A stretch of 64,000 nt of DNA, taken from assembly GCF_009914755.1 (NCBI RefSeq), contig NC_060943.1. One strand, written 5' to 3'. Under the pieces are notes generated by a model. The model was not told the DNA's origin and did no database searches. It saw only the letters and a program-made list of their open reading frames with translations. A program made the translations under genes and the position numbers. The DNA is from the human T2T-CHM13v2.0 reference genome, Homo sapiens. Every line of letters begins with the position of its first letter. Within the stretch, counting starts at the first letter, position 1. Below are positions 34,302-54,308 of the stretch, piece by piece.

Positions 34302-35325
34302 TCACTAAGCTGAGCACTTGTAATTCTGTAAAACATGTATATGTATTTTTGAAAGCACAAAGTTTCACGTCCCCGCCTGCCAGTCACTTTACCAAACAAC
34401 CTTTGGTTTAACTTCTCTGTGCCCCAGTTTCCCAACCTGTAAAAGAGAGTAATGATACCTCCCCTTTGATTGGTTGAGAGTACCACCAAAGGTGTTTGCT
34501 GGGTGGCCTGACCTGCAGGAGGTGCTCAGGAAAGGGGAGCTGCTGCTGTCATTTGGTGGAAGTGGGTCCCCTTATCTGGCTAGCAGATGCCTTGAGTTAT
34601 GGTGAGTATGATGGGGACAGACTCCCAGGAGGATGGAATGGCATCACTCTGTGGAAAGACTGTGAAACAGAACACGAACACCTCATGGCATCTTTGCTGC
34701 CTAGAGCCATGCCACTTGCACACCCTCCTTCTGCTCCTGACTCCCAGGAAGGCAAGGGGGTCACTGGGCTTGGGGCTCCACAGAAAGAGGCTTCCTGATT
34801 TGATGCTTAAGAGCTGTGCCTCAGACGCCTGCCTCTAAAACAGAAAGCCGTCCACACAGACACCCCACCTCATCTGGGTACCTCCTCTGGACCTAGGCTG
34901 GGTCCCCACAGGCAGCCACAGCCATCTATGCTGCTGCCCCCACACTGCCTCTGGCTGTGGGCTTCTCGAGGGCTTGCTGTGTGATGCTGAGTTCCTTAAC
35001 GTGGAGACAATGTGTTGGAGTGTGGCAGTGTTCAGGCCCTGCTAGCCAAATAAGGGGACCCACTTCCACCAAATGACAGCAGCAGCTCCCCTTTCCTGAG
35101 CACCTCCTGCAGGTCAGGCTGCTCAGCAAACACCTTTGATGGTACTCTCAACCAATCAAAGGGGAGCTATCATCATTACCCTCTTTTACAGGTTGGGAAA
35201 CTGGGGCACAGAAAAGTTAAACCAAAGGTTGTTTGGTAAGTGACTGGCAGGCAGAGATGTGAAACTTTGTGCTTTCAAAAATACATGTATATTTTTTACA
35301 GACGTACATGTGCTCAGCTTAGTGA
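34302..35325. repeat. Inverted duplication: arms 34302-34586 and 35039-35325, ~450-bp spacer
   Basis: Arms are reverse complements; the ORF track shows the same peptide LTCRRCSGKGSCCCHLVEVGPLIWLA on both strands (34496+ and 35129-). Confidence 0.93.
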
Positions 35326-35511
35326 GGAAACTAGGAAACAGGCCCAGAGCTGGGATATGGTCAGTCAGTGGCATGAAGAGCCGAGAGTGGAGCCTGGCAG
35401 GAATTTCCAGCTGGCATCCATTTGTTACTGAATATCAGGGCACTCCCCCAGAGACACAAGCCACCCCTAACCACATTCTGGAAAACGATCTCACGTGTGT
35501 TTCCGTCCTAG

Positions 35512-37050
<1,539 letters not shown>

Positions 37051-39971
37051 TGAAGAGGGACTGTGAGTGTGAGGAAATCAGGGTCAGTGTGAGAAGCCCC
37101 TATTATACATTTCTCCCTTCAGGGTCACCGGGGCGGGTGAGGAAGCTGGGAGTGGGCCTAGGATATGTCTTTCAGATGTCACATGGAGATACTTCTCCAT
37201 AATTATCAAGGGGCACAATGGCCACTTCCACTTTAATTAGATTCCCATGGATGCTAACCAAGTGGTAGGAGGTACACAGGTATGAACAGGTTTCCTCTCA
37301 GCAGTCCTAGAAGACTTTATTTCAGTTTTTGCCAAGACAAAAATGAAATTTAAAAAATGTGGGTTTTTTTGTTTTTTGTTTTTTTGTTTTTTTGAGACGG
37401 AGTCTTGCTTTGTCGCCCAGGCTAGAGTGCAGTGGCGCAATCTCGGCTCACTGCCAACCTCCGCCTCCTGGGTTCAAGTGATTCTCCTGCCTCATCCTCC
37501 CGAGTAGCTGGGATTACAGGCCCCCGCCACCAAACCCAGCTTTTTGTATTTTTAGTAGAGATGGGGTTTCACCATCTTGGCCAGGCTGATCTTGAACTCC
37601 TGACCTCGTGATCCACCCACCTCGGCCTCCCAAAGTGTTGGGATTACAGGCATGAGCCACTGCGCCCGCCCAAAAAAATACATATTTTTAAAAGATGCTT
37701 TTGCAGTTGTTTGTGCCTTGTATTAAGGTAGACCATATAGTTTGGGGTTTTATTGCCCAGAACCAAAAAGGTAAAATTTATATGCTGAAGTGTGTGTCAC
37801 AGAGTCTAGCTCTTTAAGAAGAAAATTTTGTGTGTTCCTCAGCTTCAGCATGAGGACGTCACTAAAACTAGTTGAGACAGTGATGATGTTCGTTAAGATT
37901 TTACTGAGCACTTTAGAAGCACTTTAAGTAGATTGTCCCATTCCATCCTCTTAGCCGGCCTGGGATGTATTTTTATTCCCACTTCATACATCAGGGAGCT
38001 GAGACTTTGAGAGGTTAAATCACTTGCCCAGTGCCCCTAGCTAAAAGGCACTCACTTTTCAGGACGAAAATACTTGAGTTAATGGATAAGGCCAAGGTGG
38101 CAGAAGTATTTCCTTCCCTTTTACCAATGCCCAGAGGTATTTACTGGAATTCTAGAACTGAGGAGGCAGTTCTAGAATATAAAGTCCTATTGAGCATGGG
38201 AGACAATGGAATGATTGGGTTCCACCTGAAGAAGCAAGTTGACCCATTTAGCTGACTTGAGGCAAACGCAAAGTAGTAACTGGGAGCCACTGCTCAATCC
38301 AGATGTTGATTAAATGCTTCCTGGGAGCCCTGCATGTGTTCCCACTCTCCCCTGTAACATTGCTCAGGGGTTCTCTGGCTGTCAGGCTGAGATCTAGCCT
38401 CTAGCTGGCCTCTATGCGGGGGTCCCCAAGATCCTCAGGTGTGAAGATTCACTAGAGGAACATAGAAAACTGATATACTTAACATTTACGGTTTATAGTC
38501 AAAGGATACAGATTAAAATCACAAAGATAAAAGATGCGTAGGGCAGCAACCAGAAGAGAGGAGGTACAGCTGTTGTAGAGACTGCTGAATTCTCCCAGCG
38601 CTGAGTGACAATATAGAGTAGCATCAACCAAGGAAGCTCACCCAAGCCTTGGTGTTCAGGACATTTACTAGGTGATGATCTAGTGGGCATGGAGTGCCCA
38701 CCTGACTGACTTTAGTCACTTAGTCTCCCACCCCTCTAGTGGTCAGACTGTTACAGTGTGGCCTAAGATCCTCACCATAAATCACATTGTTGACAAATAC
38801 TTGGCATGGCCCAAGGTCCTCAGGTAAACAAAGATACTCTTAGGCAGCATGATCACCACATGCCTTGAACTGAAAGAAACCAGGGTCACAAATGATTTTG
38901 TTGGCTTTCTACATGGAAGGAAAAGAAACCAAAAGTATTATTGTAGTGGATTGAATTACTAGCTCAATTCTTCACTGCTCCTTGCATATATACACCCACG
39001 GCCATATTTATGGTTCTTCCCAGTAAAGGCAAATTTGATGTCCCCACCCATTCCTTGAGTTTGGGTGTGGCCATGTGACTTGATTTGGCCAACAGAATCT
39101 AAGTGGAAGTGATAGCATGCTAGTCCTGAGTCCAGGCCTAAAGCCCATTGTGTCTCTGCCATCAGGATGAGAAGAATTTTTCCTGTGAGCCTTGCAAGAC
39201 AAATACAGCAGACCTGGACCCAAACTGCAGCCTAGAGCCAAGCCCAGCTGAGCCCAGCCCAGATCAGCCAACCCTCAGACACATGACAAAAATAAGCACT
39301 TTTTTTGCTGTGGGCCACAGAGGTGTCGTAGCTGTTTGTTACAGAGCAATAGCTGATACAATTGCCAAATTAAAGTGAATACTCCCTGAAAAAGATAAGG
39401 TTTGAAATCTGGGGAGAGGATAAGAAAGAGACAAAGGGAGAGAGGAAAGGAGGAGCATCCACTCAGGAGAGTCCAGAGGCCAGAATGCTGATTGAACAGA
39501 GCACAAGCACAAAAGGGGTGGCCAAGGGAAAGGGCCTTCCAAGGTCTGCAGTATTGACTACAGGTGCCATGGTGGGTGCAGGAGATGAATGAGGAGAATC
39601 CAGCTATGCAGCTCCAGGCAAGGGAACATTGTTGGTCTGCCAGTCATTCAGTCATTCCTCAGCCAACTCTTAGTACCTAGCCCTGTACAAGGCATCAAGG
39701 ATACCCTGGCCTCGGCTATGTAAAGGGCAGGACCCCTCTCAGGCCTAACAGCACAGACTCACAATCTAGGCAGAAAAGGAGCCAATGAGGAGAGATTCCA
39801 TTGGCTTTCCAAGTCACCCTATACCCATTAAATGTCAACCAGGGCTCTTCTTCCTCTCCCTGACACCAGAGTCCCCTCCAGCTGCTGCCCTATCTCGCTC
39901 GTTTCCTCCTTAGAATCTCCCTGAAAAGGGGTCTAAGGATCCCCACACTGATGCCACTGTCCATTCACCCG

Positions 39972-40697
<726 letters not shown>

Positions 40698-40799
40698 ACC
40701 CTCCTCCCACCCATAATCAGAGGGCACTATCAGGCACCTGGGTCAGCCTTGCTCACCCCTTGGACACTGTAGTTCAACCCATCAACCCTATCATCTATA

Positions 40800-41012
40800 C
40801 CAAACTTGTCCAACCCACAGCCCACGGGCTGTATGTGGCCCAGGACAGCTTTGAATGCAGCCCAACACAAATTCATAAACTTTCTTAAAACATTATGAGA
40901 TTTTTTTTGCGATTTTTAATAAACTCATCCGCCATCGTTAGTATATTTTATGTGTGGCCCAAGACAATTCTTCTAATGTGGCCCAGGGAAGCCAAAAGAG
41001 TGGACACCCCTG
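40800..41012 (+). mobile_element. MER30-like hAT DNA transposon remnant
   Basis: tgtggcccaggacagctttgaatgc...gtggcccagggaagccaaaagagtggacacccctg. Confidence 0.65.
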
Positions 41013-42541
41013 ATACACCTTCAAAACAGATCCAGATCTGACCACCTGTTAGCATCTCTACCACACCACCGTTTGACCACCCTGATCTGAGCTACCTGCC
41101 TCAGGTGCCAGTACTCTCAAAGCAATTGCATCTTTGGTCTCCCTGACTCCACTCTCATCTTGACAGTCTTCTCCTGCAGCGGCCAGAGAATTCCTATGAA
41201 GAGCTAAGTCACAGCACAGCCCTCCTCTGCTCAAAGGCCTCCCATAGCTCCCACTTCTCTCAAGGTGGAAATCAAAGTCTGTATGTGAGCCAAGTGTGGT
41301 GGCTCACGCCTGTAATCCCAGCACTTTGACAGGCTGAGGCAGGAGGATTGCTTGAGGCCAGGAGTTCAAAAGCAGCCTAGGCAACATAGTGAGACATTGT
41401 CTCTACAAAAAATAAATAAACAAAGTCGTATGTGGCTCACAAGCCCTTCAAGATCTGCCCCCACAGGCCTCCCTTTTCTGTCCTTGTCCCCTCCCATCTC
41501 CTTCCCTTAATCCACCCCAGCCAGTCTTCCTCATCCATGCCTCCTCCTGACGTGGGCATTTGTGTTCCATCTACCTTGAACTTACTCTCCCTGAGTTCTT
41601 CGCTCTATTCAGGCCTCAGCTTAAATACCAACTTCTCAGAAAAATGACTTCTTTGTTTACCATCTGCCTCCCCACACAATAACATCACCTCCATAAAGGC
41701 AGGCCATGCTTATCATCATTGCAGTATCCAATCTGCAGTGGTGCTGGCTGCCTGTTGTGGGTGCTCAGTATTTATCTGTGGAAGGAAAAGAATATATGCT
41801 CATTCCAGCTGCTAGCAGTCTGCAGGGCAAAGTCTGAGAATAATAGGGGATGTGAGCACAGGCTGGGGCCAAGAAACACCACCAGCACCACCAAGCAATC
41901 ATACACACCCTGCCTCAAAAAGGCCTCACCTGAACATAGGCTGGGCCACCAACCTCTATGTATCGGGCCCCAAGCCAGAGTCTCCTGCTCAATGTCTCTT
42001 ACACATACACACACACACAGAGAAGATACATTCTCACACACAGTCCAGGCATCGACTGAATCACACAATCACACTACCATTCACAGTCACCGTAACAACA
42101 TCACACACAGTCTAGGGCCTTTATACTGTGTCAGGTCCACCCCATTACCTCTAAGTATCTGTCTCAGACACAATTACACCTGGTGCAGGCAAACACAGCT
42201 GCATGATTATCACATATGATGATTAAATCACAGGTCACACACACGCAGAGTAAGCACACAGAACAACCCACAAACCTGGTCACAGAGTGACTCATGCAGA
42301 CAGACGCCCAGCTCAAATTCAGTAAAAAATGATACACATTTATAAAAATGATTACATGTGTTCACAGAGAGCCACACATAGCTACACTCAATACACACCC
42401 TGACATAGGCAACCACACCGCTCACCTCTCACAAAGGCACCTTCAGTACTTACACAGACACTCACACCCACAAGCCCTCAGACAGGCACCCTCTCCCCTC
42501 ACTCCTAACATGGGCACCCTCACCTCTCACCCAGGTACCCT

Positions 42542-42927
42542 TGTTACTGGTGGAGGGTGTCCAGGTTCTTGGCATCTTGAACAAATAATTGGACAAAATG
42601 CACAAAGAAAAGAATGAAGCAACAAAAGCAGAGATGTATTGAAAATGAAAGTACACTCCACTGTATGGGAGCAGGCCGGAGCATAGGGGCTCAAGAGCCC
42701 GGTTACAGAATTTTCTGGGGTTTAAATACCCTCTAGAGGTTTCCATTGGTTACTTGGTATATGCCCTATGTAAATGAAGAGGACGAAGTAAAGTTACAAA
42801 GTGATTTACTCCATGTACGCCCTGCATAAATGGAGAGGATATTTCCTACCATAGCTGCAGTTTCCATTTGATTTACTTCTAGGAAGTCCTTAGGTTCCCT
42901 GCCTCCAGACCCGATTTTCTTGCCTCA
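42542..42927 (-). mobile_element. Solo ERV1 LTR, MER51/MER61-like
   Basis: Minus strand TGAGGCAAGAAAATCGGGTCTGGAGGCAGGGAACC...TAACA; 4-bp TSD CCCT at 42538-42541 and 42928-42931. Confidence 0.8.
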
Positions 42928-42931
42928 CCCT

Positions 42932-43225
42932 TACCCCTCACCCCTCACACAAACACCCTCAGCCCTCCCAAAGCCACCCTCAGCCTCACACAGCCGCCCT
43001 CACCCTCAGCCTCACACAGGCACCCTCAGCTCTCACACAGGCACCCTCAGCCCTCACACAGCCGCCCTCACCCTCAGCCTCACACAGGCACCCTCAGCCT
43101 CACACAGGCACCCTCAGCTCTCACACAGGCACCCTCAGCCCTCAGCCCTCACACAGCCGCCCTCACCCTCACCCTCACACAGGCACCCTCAGCCTCACAC
43201 AGGCACTCTCACCCTCAGCCTTCAC
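42932..43225 (+). repeat. Degenerate C-rich minisatellite (cacacaggcaccctcagcct-like, ~20-26 bp units)
   Basis: About ten imperfect copies; related units at 42470-42541, on the other side of the LTR. Confidence 0.8.
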
Positions 43226-43239
43226 ATTTCCCTCACCTC

Positions 43240-43920
43240 CAAGTCCCGCCTTTCGCGCATCGCCTGCTGCTCTCCCACTCAGCGCCACCTCAGTCCCACA
43301 AAGGCCGGGCTGGGATCCTGTGGCCTCCGTGCTGACCAACGTCAACTACAATTCCCAGCAGGCACCGCGCCTGGGTACACTTGAGCTTCCGGAGGACGCC
43401 GGGAATTGTAGTCCTGGCGGGCGTGGGCCCTTGAGGTGTGCTGGGAGCTGTGGTCCGGGTCGGCGGGCGCGCAAGTTGGCTAGTCTCTGCGGCCACCTCC
43501 GGAAGGGTCCGCCGGCTGTGCTGGTGAGGTGGGTTTCGGGGGTGTTCTCCGTCCTGATCCAGGCTGGAGAGGGGCACAGCAGGTCCAGAAGCCGCGAACC
43601 TCTGGGGCGGCCAGAGCGAGATGCGGGGTACCGCCCAGCGGGTAGAGAGTGAGAGGCTGACTAGGGGACGTGAGTAGACGGACTGCGAGTGCCGGACACA
43701 CGCGCAGAGGATGTGACGGACTGACGGACCAGGCGTGGACGGACCGTGTGTGCACGGACTGACGGACCCGGTGTGGACAGACTCACGGACCGAATGTGGT
43801 GCGGAATGACACACTGAGTGCCGGACGGACCGACGGAGAATGTGTCGGACTGACGGAGTGTGTGTCGGATGGACTGATTGACCGGGTGTGGGGCGGACGA
43901 AGTGTGGAGCGGGCGGACAG
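43240..43920 (+). promoter_or_regulatory. ZSCAN22: ZSCAN22 CpG-island promoter and non-coding exon 1 (ends 43523)
   Basis: ACTACAATTCCCAGCA at 43345 and inverted GGGAATTGTAGT at 43401 (ZNF143/THAP11 motif); donor ctg|gtgagg at 43523/43524. Confidence 0.85.
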
Positions 43921-44250
43921 ATAACAGATAAAATGTAGGACCAGTGGCCTGGGAGGGTGTGGGGCGGACCCGTTTATGTGTCTGATAGGCGGTTCTGTGT
44001 CTGACACCTCTTGGGTGTGTGTATCTGACGGGTTGGAGTGTGTGATTCTGATAGGTTGAGTGTAACACTAACCATGGAGTGTGTGACTGACAGAGATGGT
44101 TGCCGTTTGAGACTTCCTACGTGGGTTGTGAGATACTGTGAGAGGGTGAGCGTGTGACGGTGGGATTTCAAGTGTGACTGATTTTCTTTGTGTGTCCTTG
44201 AGATGGTGACTAAGATTATGAATGACTGTGATCAGAATAATACTGTGTGA

Positions 44251-44472
<222 letters not shown>

Positions 44473-46396
44473 TAGGCTGGCCCGGAACTCCTGACCTCAG
44501 GTGATCCACCTGCCTAGGCCTCCCAAAGTGCTGGGATTATAGGCATGAGCCACCATGCCTGGCCAGGCCTGTGTTTATTTGACTGATTATAGGTGACATT
44601 GAGATATTTCCTGTGTCTGGGTATTTTGAAGGCTGTGGCTGACAGACTGTACCTGAGATAATATGTGTTAATATCTGATTGACTGAGATTTTTATCAGGG
44701 AGACTAAAACTTGGGTGATCCACAAACAGTTTACCAAGCATATGAGAGAGGATTTGTGCTTTGCCATGTCTGCAGCTGAAACTGAGTGACTAGTGGTCAT
44801 TCAGCTGGGCTTATGGATATGTCCCCCAGTGTTTGCTTACGTGTAGCAGGGGGCTATGGTATCCATACATCTACTGCATGTTTACTGTGCACCAGGCCTG
44901 TGCTGGACACTTATAATAAATCACCTCACATAATCTCATAGCAACCCTCTGAGGTAGGTACCATTATCAGGCTTGGTATAATCCATGTGTGAGAAATGAA
45001 AAGAACCACCCTCCTTGGTTGGTAAAGCAGCTGTGGATGGGGAACCTCAACCTGATAGGAGTTGAGGTTGGCTGAGGAGGCTGAGGAAGTTTCACATACA
45101 TGTATTTCAGAGACCGTCATGAGGGATTTCTCCAGAACAGGTGTTCCAGGGGTGCAAAAGAGAACTTGGAAGCTGTTGCAGCATCTATTGTCATCCCTGC
45201 CACCCTTGCTCCTCCTTCCCCTCATGATTCCCTACATTCTTGGGTAACCATGCTCAGCCTTTACTGGTCATTCCATTTGCTTAATGCCTGCTTATTGTGA
45301 ACCTGCTATAGGGCAAGTCCTGTGTGCTGTGGCTCCAGGACAGCCCAGCCTCTCTGAGGAAACAGTACAGAACTAGCAAAGAGTTACCCAGGGCACTCTG
45401 GGAAGAGGACTTAGACTAGTACCAGGTATCTGGGATGACACCTGAGGAAAGTGGCAGCTAAGATGAGGCCTAGAGAGCCCAGAGGAATCCGTCAGAGACG
45501 GATTTCAGAACTCGAGAGCAGCAGGGGCGACAAGGGGCTTAGAAAGGCCACAAGAGACCCAGGAGAACTTTACAGTGCGGCGAAGGGGCTTAAACGCAGC
45601 TTGGCCAGAGGCCACCAGAGGTCACCAGCGGTCACCAAAAGGTTTCAGGATTGGGGTCTTGTTTTAGAGTAACGTTCTCTTCTTCCTGTGCCCAAGGCCA
45701 TTGCTCTTTCTCAGGCCTCCTGCATCTCTGTCCAGGGTGACTTCCTTGAGCAGAGACTCCAGGCACACTGAGCGTCCTGGCTGACATTGAAGGAAAGGAA
45801 AAAGAACTCCAAATACTTAAAACTGTGGGAGTCGTGGATGGGAGAGGGAGAGGCTAAGTCTTTGAGTAAGGAGTAGTATGTGGCCAAAGCAAAGTGTCGA
45901 GGTCTCCTAGGAGAGGTTACACTTAATTTAGGGTATTCTTCCTGACTATAAGAGAAAACAAATTCACTGTGGGAAGTAGAGAATGTCAAGAAAAGTAATA
46001 CAGTAGTCACCCCTCATCTTCAGTTTTGGTGAATATAGTACAATAAAATATTTTGAGAGAGAGAGAAAGACCACATTAATATAGCTTTTATTACAGTGTA
46101 TTGTTATAATTGTTCTATTTTATTAGTCATTGTTGTTAATTTCTTACTATGCCTAACTTATGAACTTTATCAAGGGTATATAATAAGAAAAAAATATAGA
46201 ATATATAAGGTTCAGTAATATCCATGGTTTCAGGCATCCACTGGAGGGTCTTGGAACACATCCCCTGCAGATAAGGGGGAACTACCATAGTATAAAATAC
46301 CTTGGTAAGGATGTAGAGAAATTGGAACCCTCATCCACAACTGGTGGGAATGCAAAATGGTATAGCCAATTTGCAAAACAGCCTGGCAGTTTCTTA

Positions 46397-50960
<4,564 letters not shown>

Positions 50961-51101
50961 AGTTTTAAATGAGTCTACATGCAAGCAGTAGTAGCTTAGA
51001 ACAGTGCTCAGCACCAAGTGGGTGCTGTCCTAATTATGAGGATTGTCTATGTCTTTGTGAGAGTCTTTCACATCTCACGGGCCACAAGCCTGTGTTTTCC
51101 C

Positions 51102-51165
51102 TGCTCTGTAGGCATGAGGCAGGGCCCAGGTTCCATGTGATGCTGAAGCTCTGACATTCCTGCAG
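51102..51165 (+). ncRNA. MIR6806: MIR6806, 5'-tailed mirtron ending at the 3' splice site of ZSCAN22 intron 1
   Basis: Recognised arms uguaggcaugaggcagggcccagg and ugaagcucugacauuccugcag; the arms can pair and the 3' arm ends exactly at the acceptor AG. Confidence 0.8.
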
Positions 51166-51216
51166 GCCCAGTTCCAAGGCTCCGGCATCCTGTGTCTCAC
51201 TGAGCACTGCTGCCCG

Positions 51217-51619
51217 ATGGCCATCCCCAAGCACTCCCTGAGCCCAGTGCCGTGGGAAGAGGACAGCTTCCTTCAAGTGAAGGTGGAGGAGGAAGAGGAA
51301 GCCAGCCTCTCCCAGGGCGGAGAATCCAGCCATGACCACATTGCTCACTCTGAGGCTGCACGCCTGCGCTTCCGGCACTTCCGCTATGAGGAGGCATCTG
51401 GTCCACACGAGGCCCTGGCCCACCTCCGAGCGCTGTGCTGTCAGTGGCTGCAGCCCGAGGCGCACTCCAAGGAGCAGATACTGGAGCTGCTGGTGCTGGA
51501 GCAGTTCCTGGGTGCGCTGCCCCCAGAGATCCAAGCCTGGGTGGGAGCCCAGAGTCCCAAGAGCGGAGAGGAAGCCGCTGTGCTGGTGGAGGATCTGACT
51601 CAGGTGCTGGACAAGAGAG
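51217..51619 (+). CDS. ZSCAN22: ZSCAN22 SCAN-domain exon (exon starts at 51166)
   Basis: [10 protein letters not shown]...[34 protein letters not shown] motif; donor gagag|gtaaag. Confidence 0.96.
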
Positions 51620-53684
51620 GTAAAGGGGCGCCGTGGGCAGCTTCACGGCACACCAGAGATACACCCTGGACAGGAACATGGGAGCACAGGGCTCTGGTTT
51701 GGGGTTGCTCATGCACCCATTCTCACATTTGTACTTTACCGTAACTCTCACACACTGTTGTAGACAGGTGTGTTTTGGTTGCAGGTGACCAAAAGCGAGC
51801 TGAAATGGGCTGAAGCAAAGAAGGGTAAGGAGGCAGCAGATACGGCTATATCCAGAAGATCTGTTGACAGCATCAGAACTCTCTTCTTCCTCTCTTGTTC
51901 TGTTTCTCAGTTGGTTTTTTCTGTGTTAGCTTCATTCTTATTTTAGGTTCTCTTTCCAAAGGGGTTAAAGATAGCCAGGAACCCCAGGCTTATGTCTTAC
52001 CAATGTAGAAACCCCGGGGTAATAACAATAAGAGGTCCCTGGTCTGAGCCCCCACTGGCCTGGTTGGGATCTTATGTTTGTGTTTGGCCAACCAAATCCC
52101 AGGGACTAACAGTGAGCAACTGGCTGTTTCTCAGAGGAAACCAGACGAGGGCCTGGGTGCCTGGGGTGGCTGTTGGGGGTGACGGAAATACCAGATGTCC
52201 CTGTGTACCTTCTCTATGCCCACCCTGGGCTGGCCTCCAGGATTTGGGTGGGTCAGACCTGCCCCAGGCTCAGCTGGGCACTGTTACTCACAGAGACCCA
52301 CACAAACATCCCAACCCAGGGAGGTCCAGTGGGATGCAGGGAAGACCCAGCCTTGGGACAATCCAGAGCAGGGAGTGGTGGCTCGTCTCAGATGGGCTTG
52401 GCCTGGCCTATTGGCAACAGATAGGAGGTGGGCATACCACACACTGGGAGGAAACGTGCAGTGTGCAGGAGGAATGTGGAGTCTGGATACAGCTGCATCA
52501 TCAAGGCTCAGTAGATCCAACCGCTGCTGCTCTTCCTGGCCATGTGACTCCCTTGTGCCTCAGTTTACTCATGGGTAAAATGGGGATTGTAATAAAAACG
52601 CCCACCTTAGTGGTGTTGCGAGATACAAGGCAATACCCGTGCAGCACCTGAAATGGTGCCTGGCACAGATTAAATAAATGGTAACTGCAACTGTTAGGAT
52701 AATTTGTTCAGCTCTGGGAGAAACAGGCCTCTCTGGAACAGAGGTTGGTCTATGCCCAAGCAGATGTCACAGAGACAGGGAGAGGAAGGAGGGAGTGGCC
52801 CCATCCTCCCACAGGGTTGGCCAAAGCTCAGAGAAAGGGTAAAATGCAGAGGGAATGGTGGGGTCAAAGGCCTGGCAGTGTGATTTGCACTGGTGTATTC
52901 TGGTAAAAGCAGGTGGTGTGATGTTTCTGGATAGAGGAAGGAAGGGGGAGACAGGGCCAAGCAGATGGCTGGGGGAGCAGGGGAGACTGCCTGTGGACCT
53001 GGAGGAGAACATTCTGGAGCTGAAATCCCAACTGGGCCACTAGCTAACTGTGATCCTGTACCAGTTACTCAACACCTTCCCTCAGCTGGATTTCAGTTTC
53101 CCCATCTGCAACAGAATCACAGCAGTACCTCCTTCTGAGAGCAGGTCGAAGCTGAAATGAGGCGATGGAAGTCACCCACTGTGCTTGGGGCCCAGCACGA
53201 CAAGAGCCTGATAGTGGTTAGTGGCCCTGGAAGGCCAGCGGCACAGCATCCATGGCTTACAGATGGGGAGACTGAGTCCCAGATGAGGGCAGGACTGATT
53301 AAGGTGGTAGACCTGGGGTTTGAGTCCAGTTTCTGCACTGCTGAGCCCCACTGTGGACTTGAGCAGTGGGTATTCCACCTGTCTCTGCCTCCTCCCTGGA
53401 ATCCATCCAGTAGATGTGCCAGATTATGTGTCCTTTGCACCCATGCAGGGCAGGTCAGTGCGAGCATTCCTCTACCTCATGCACACTCTGATCTCCAAGA
53501 GCACCTCCGCCACACTCTGCCTTCATAGTACTTTACAATGTAGGGGCTTGAGAGGCCAGATGGGTACCTCATGTACTCACCCCCAGCAGCCATATTCTAC
53601 CTGGGGTTCTACTTGCAGAAATTTTCACCATCGTGGGCTTCTGGATGGATTCCCTCATTCAGCCAGAATTCACTGAGCACCTGT

Positions 53685-54308
53685 GGACACATCCAGGCCT
53701 AGAGGCAAGGTGTTGAGTGTGAGGGACAGAACCGCAACCTCACAGAGATCAGAGCCTGCAGGGGACACATCCAGGCCTAGACGCAAGGCGTTGAGTGTGA
53801 GGGACAGAACTCCAACCCCACAGAGATCAGAGCCTGCAGGGGACACATCCAGGCCTAGACGCAAGGTGTCGAGTGTGAGGGACAGAACTCCAACCCCACA
53901 GAGATCAGAGCCTGCAGGGGACACATCCAGGCCTAGACGCAAGGTGTCGAGTGTGAGGGACAGAACTCCAACCCCACAGAGATCAGAGCCTGCAGGGGAC
54001 ACATCCAGGCCTAGACGCAAGGTGTCGAGTGTGAGGGACAGAACTCCAACCCCACAGAGATCAGAGCCTGCAGGGGACACATCCAGGCCTAGACGCAAGG
54101 TGTCGAGTGTGAGGGACAGAACTCCAACCCCACAGAGATCAGAGCCTGCAGGGGACACATCCAGGCCTAGACGCAAGGTGTCGAGTGTGAGGGACAGAAC
54201 TCCAACCCCACAGAGATCAGAGCCTGCAGGGGACACATCCAGGCCTAGACGCAAGGTGTTGAGTGTGAGGGACAGAACTGCAACCCCACAGAGATCAGAG
54301 CCTGCAGG
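53685..54308 (+). repeat. VNTR, 8 x 78 bp, ZSCAN22 intron 2
   Basis: Units start at 53685, 53763, 53841, 53919, 53997, 54075, 54153 and 54231; internal units appear identical. Confidence 0.96.

Noticed and set aside
42920-44068. 100-175 aa ORFs around the ZSCAN22 promoter
   Set aside because: GC-rich, low-complexity and minisatellite sequence with few stop codons; no recognisable domain
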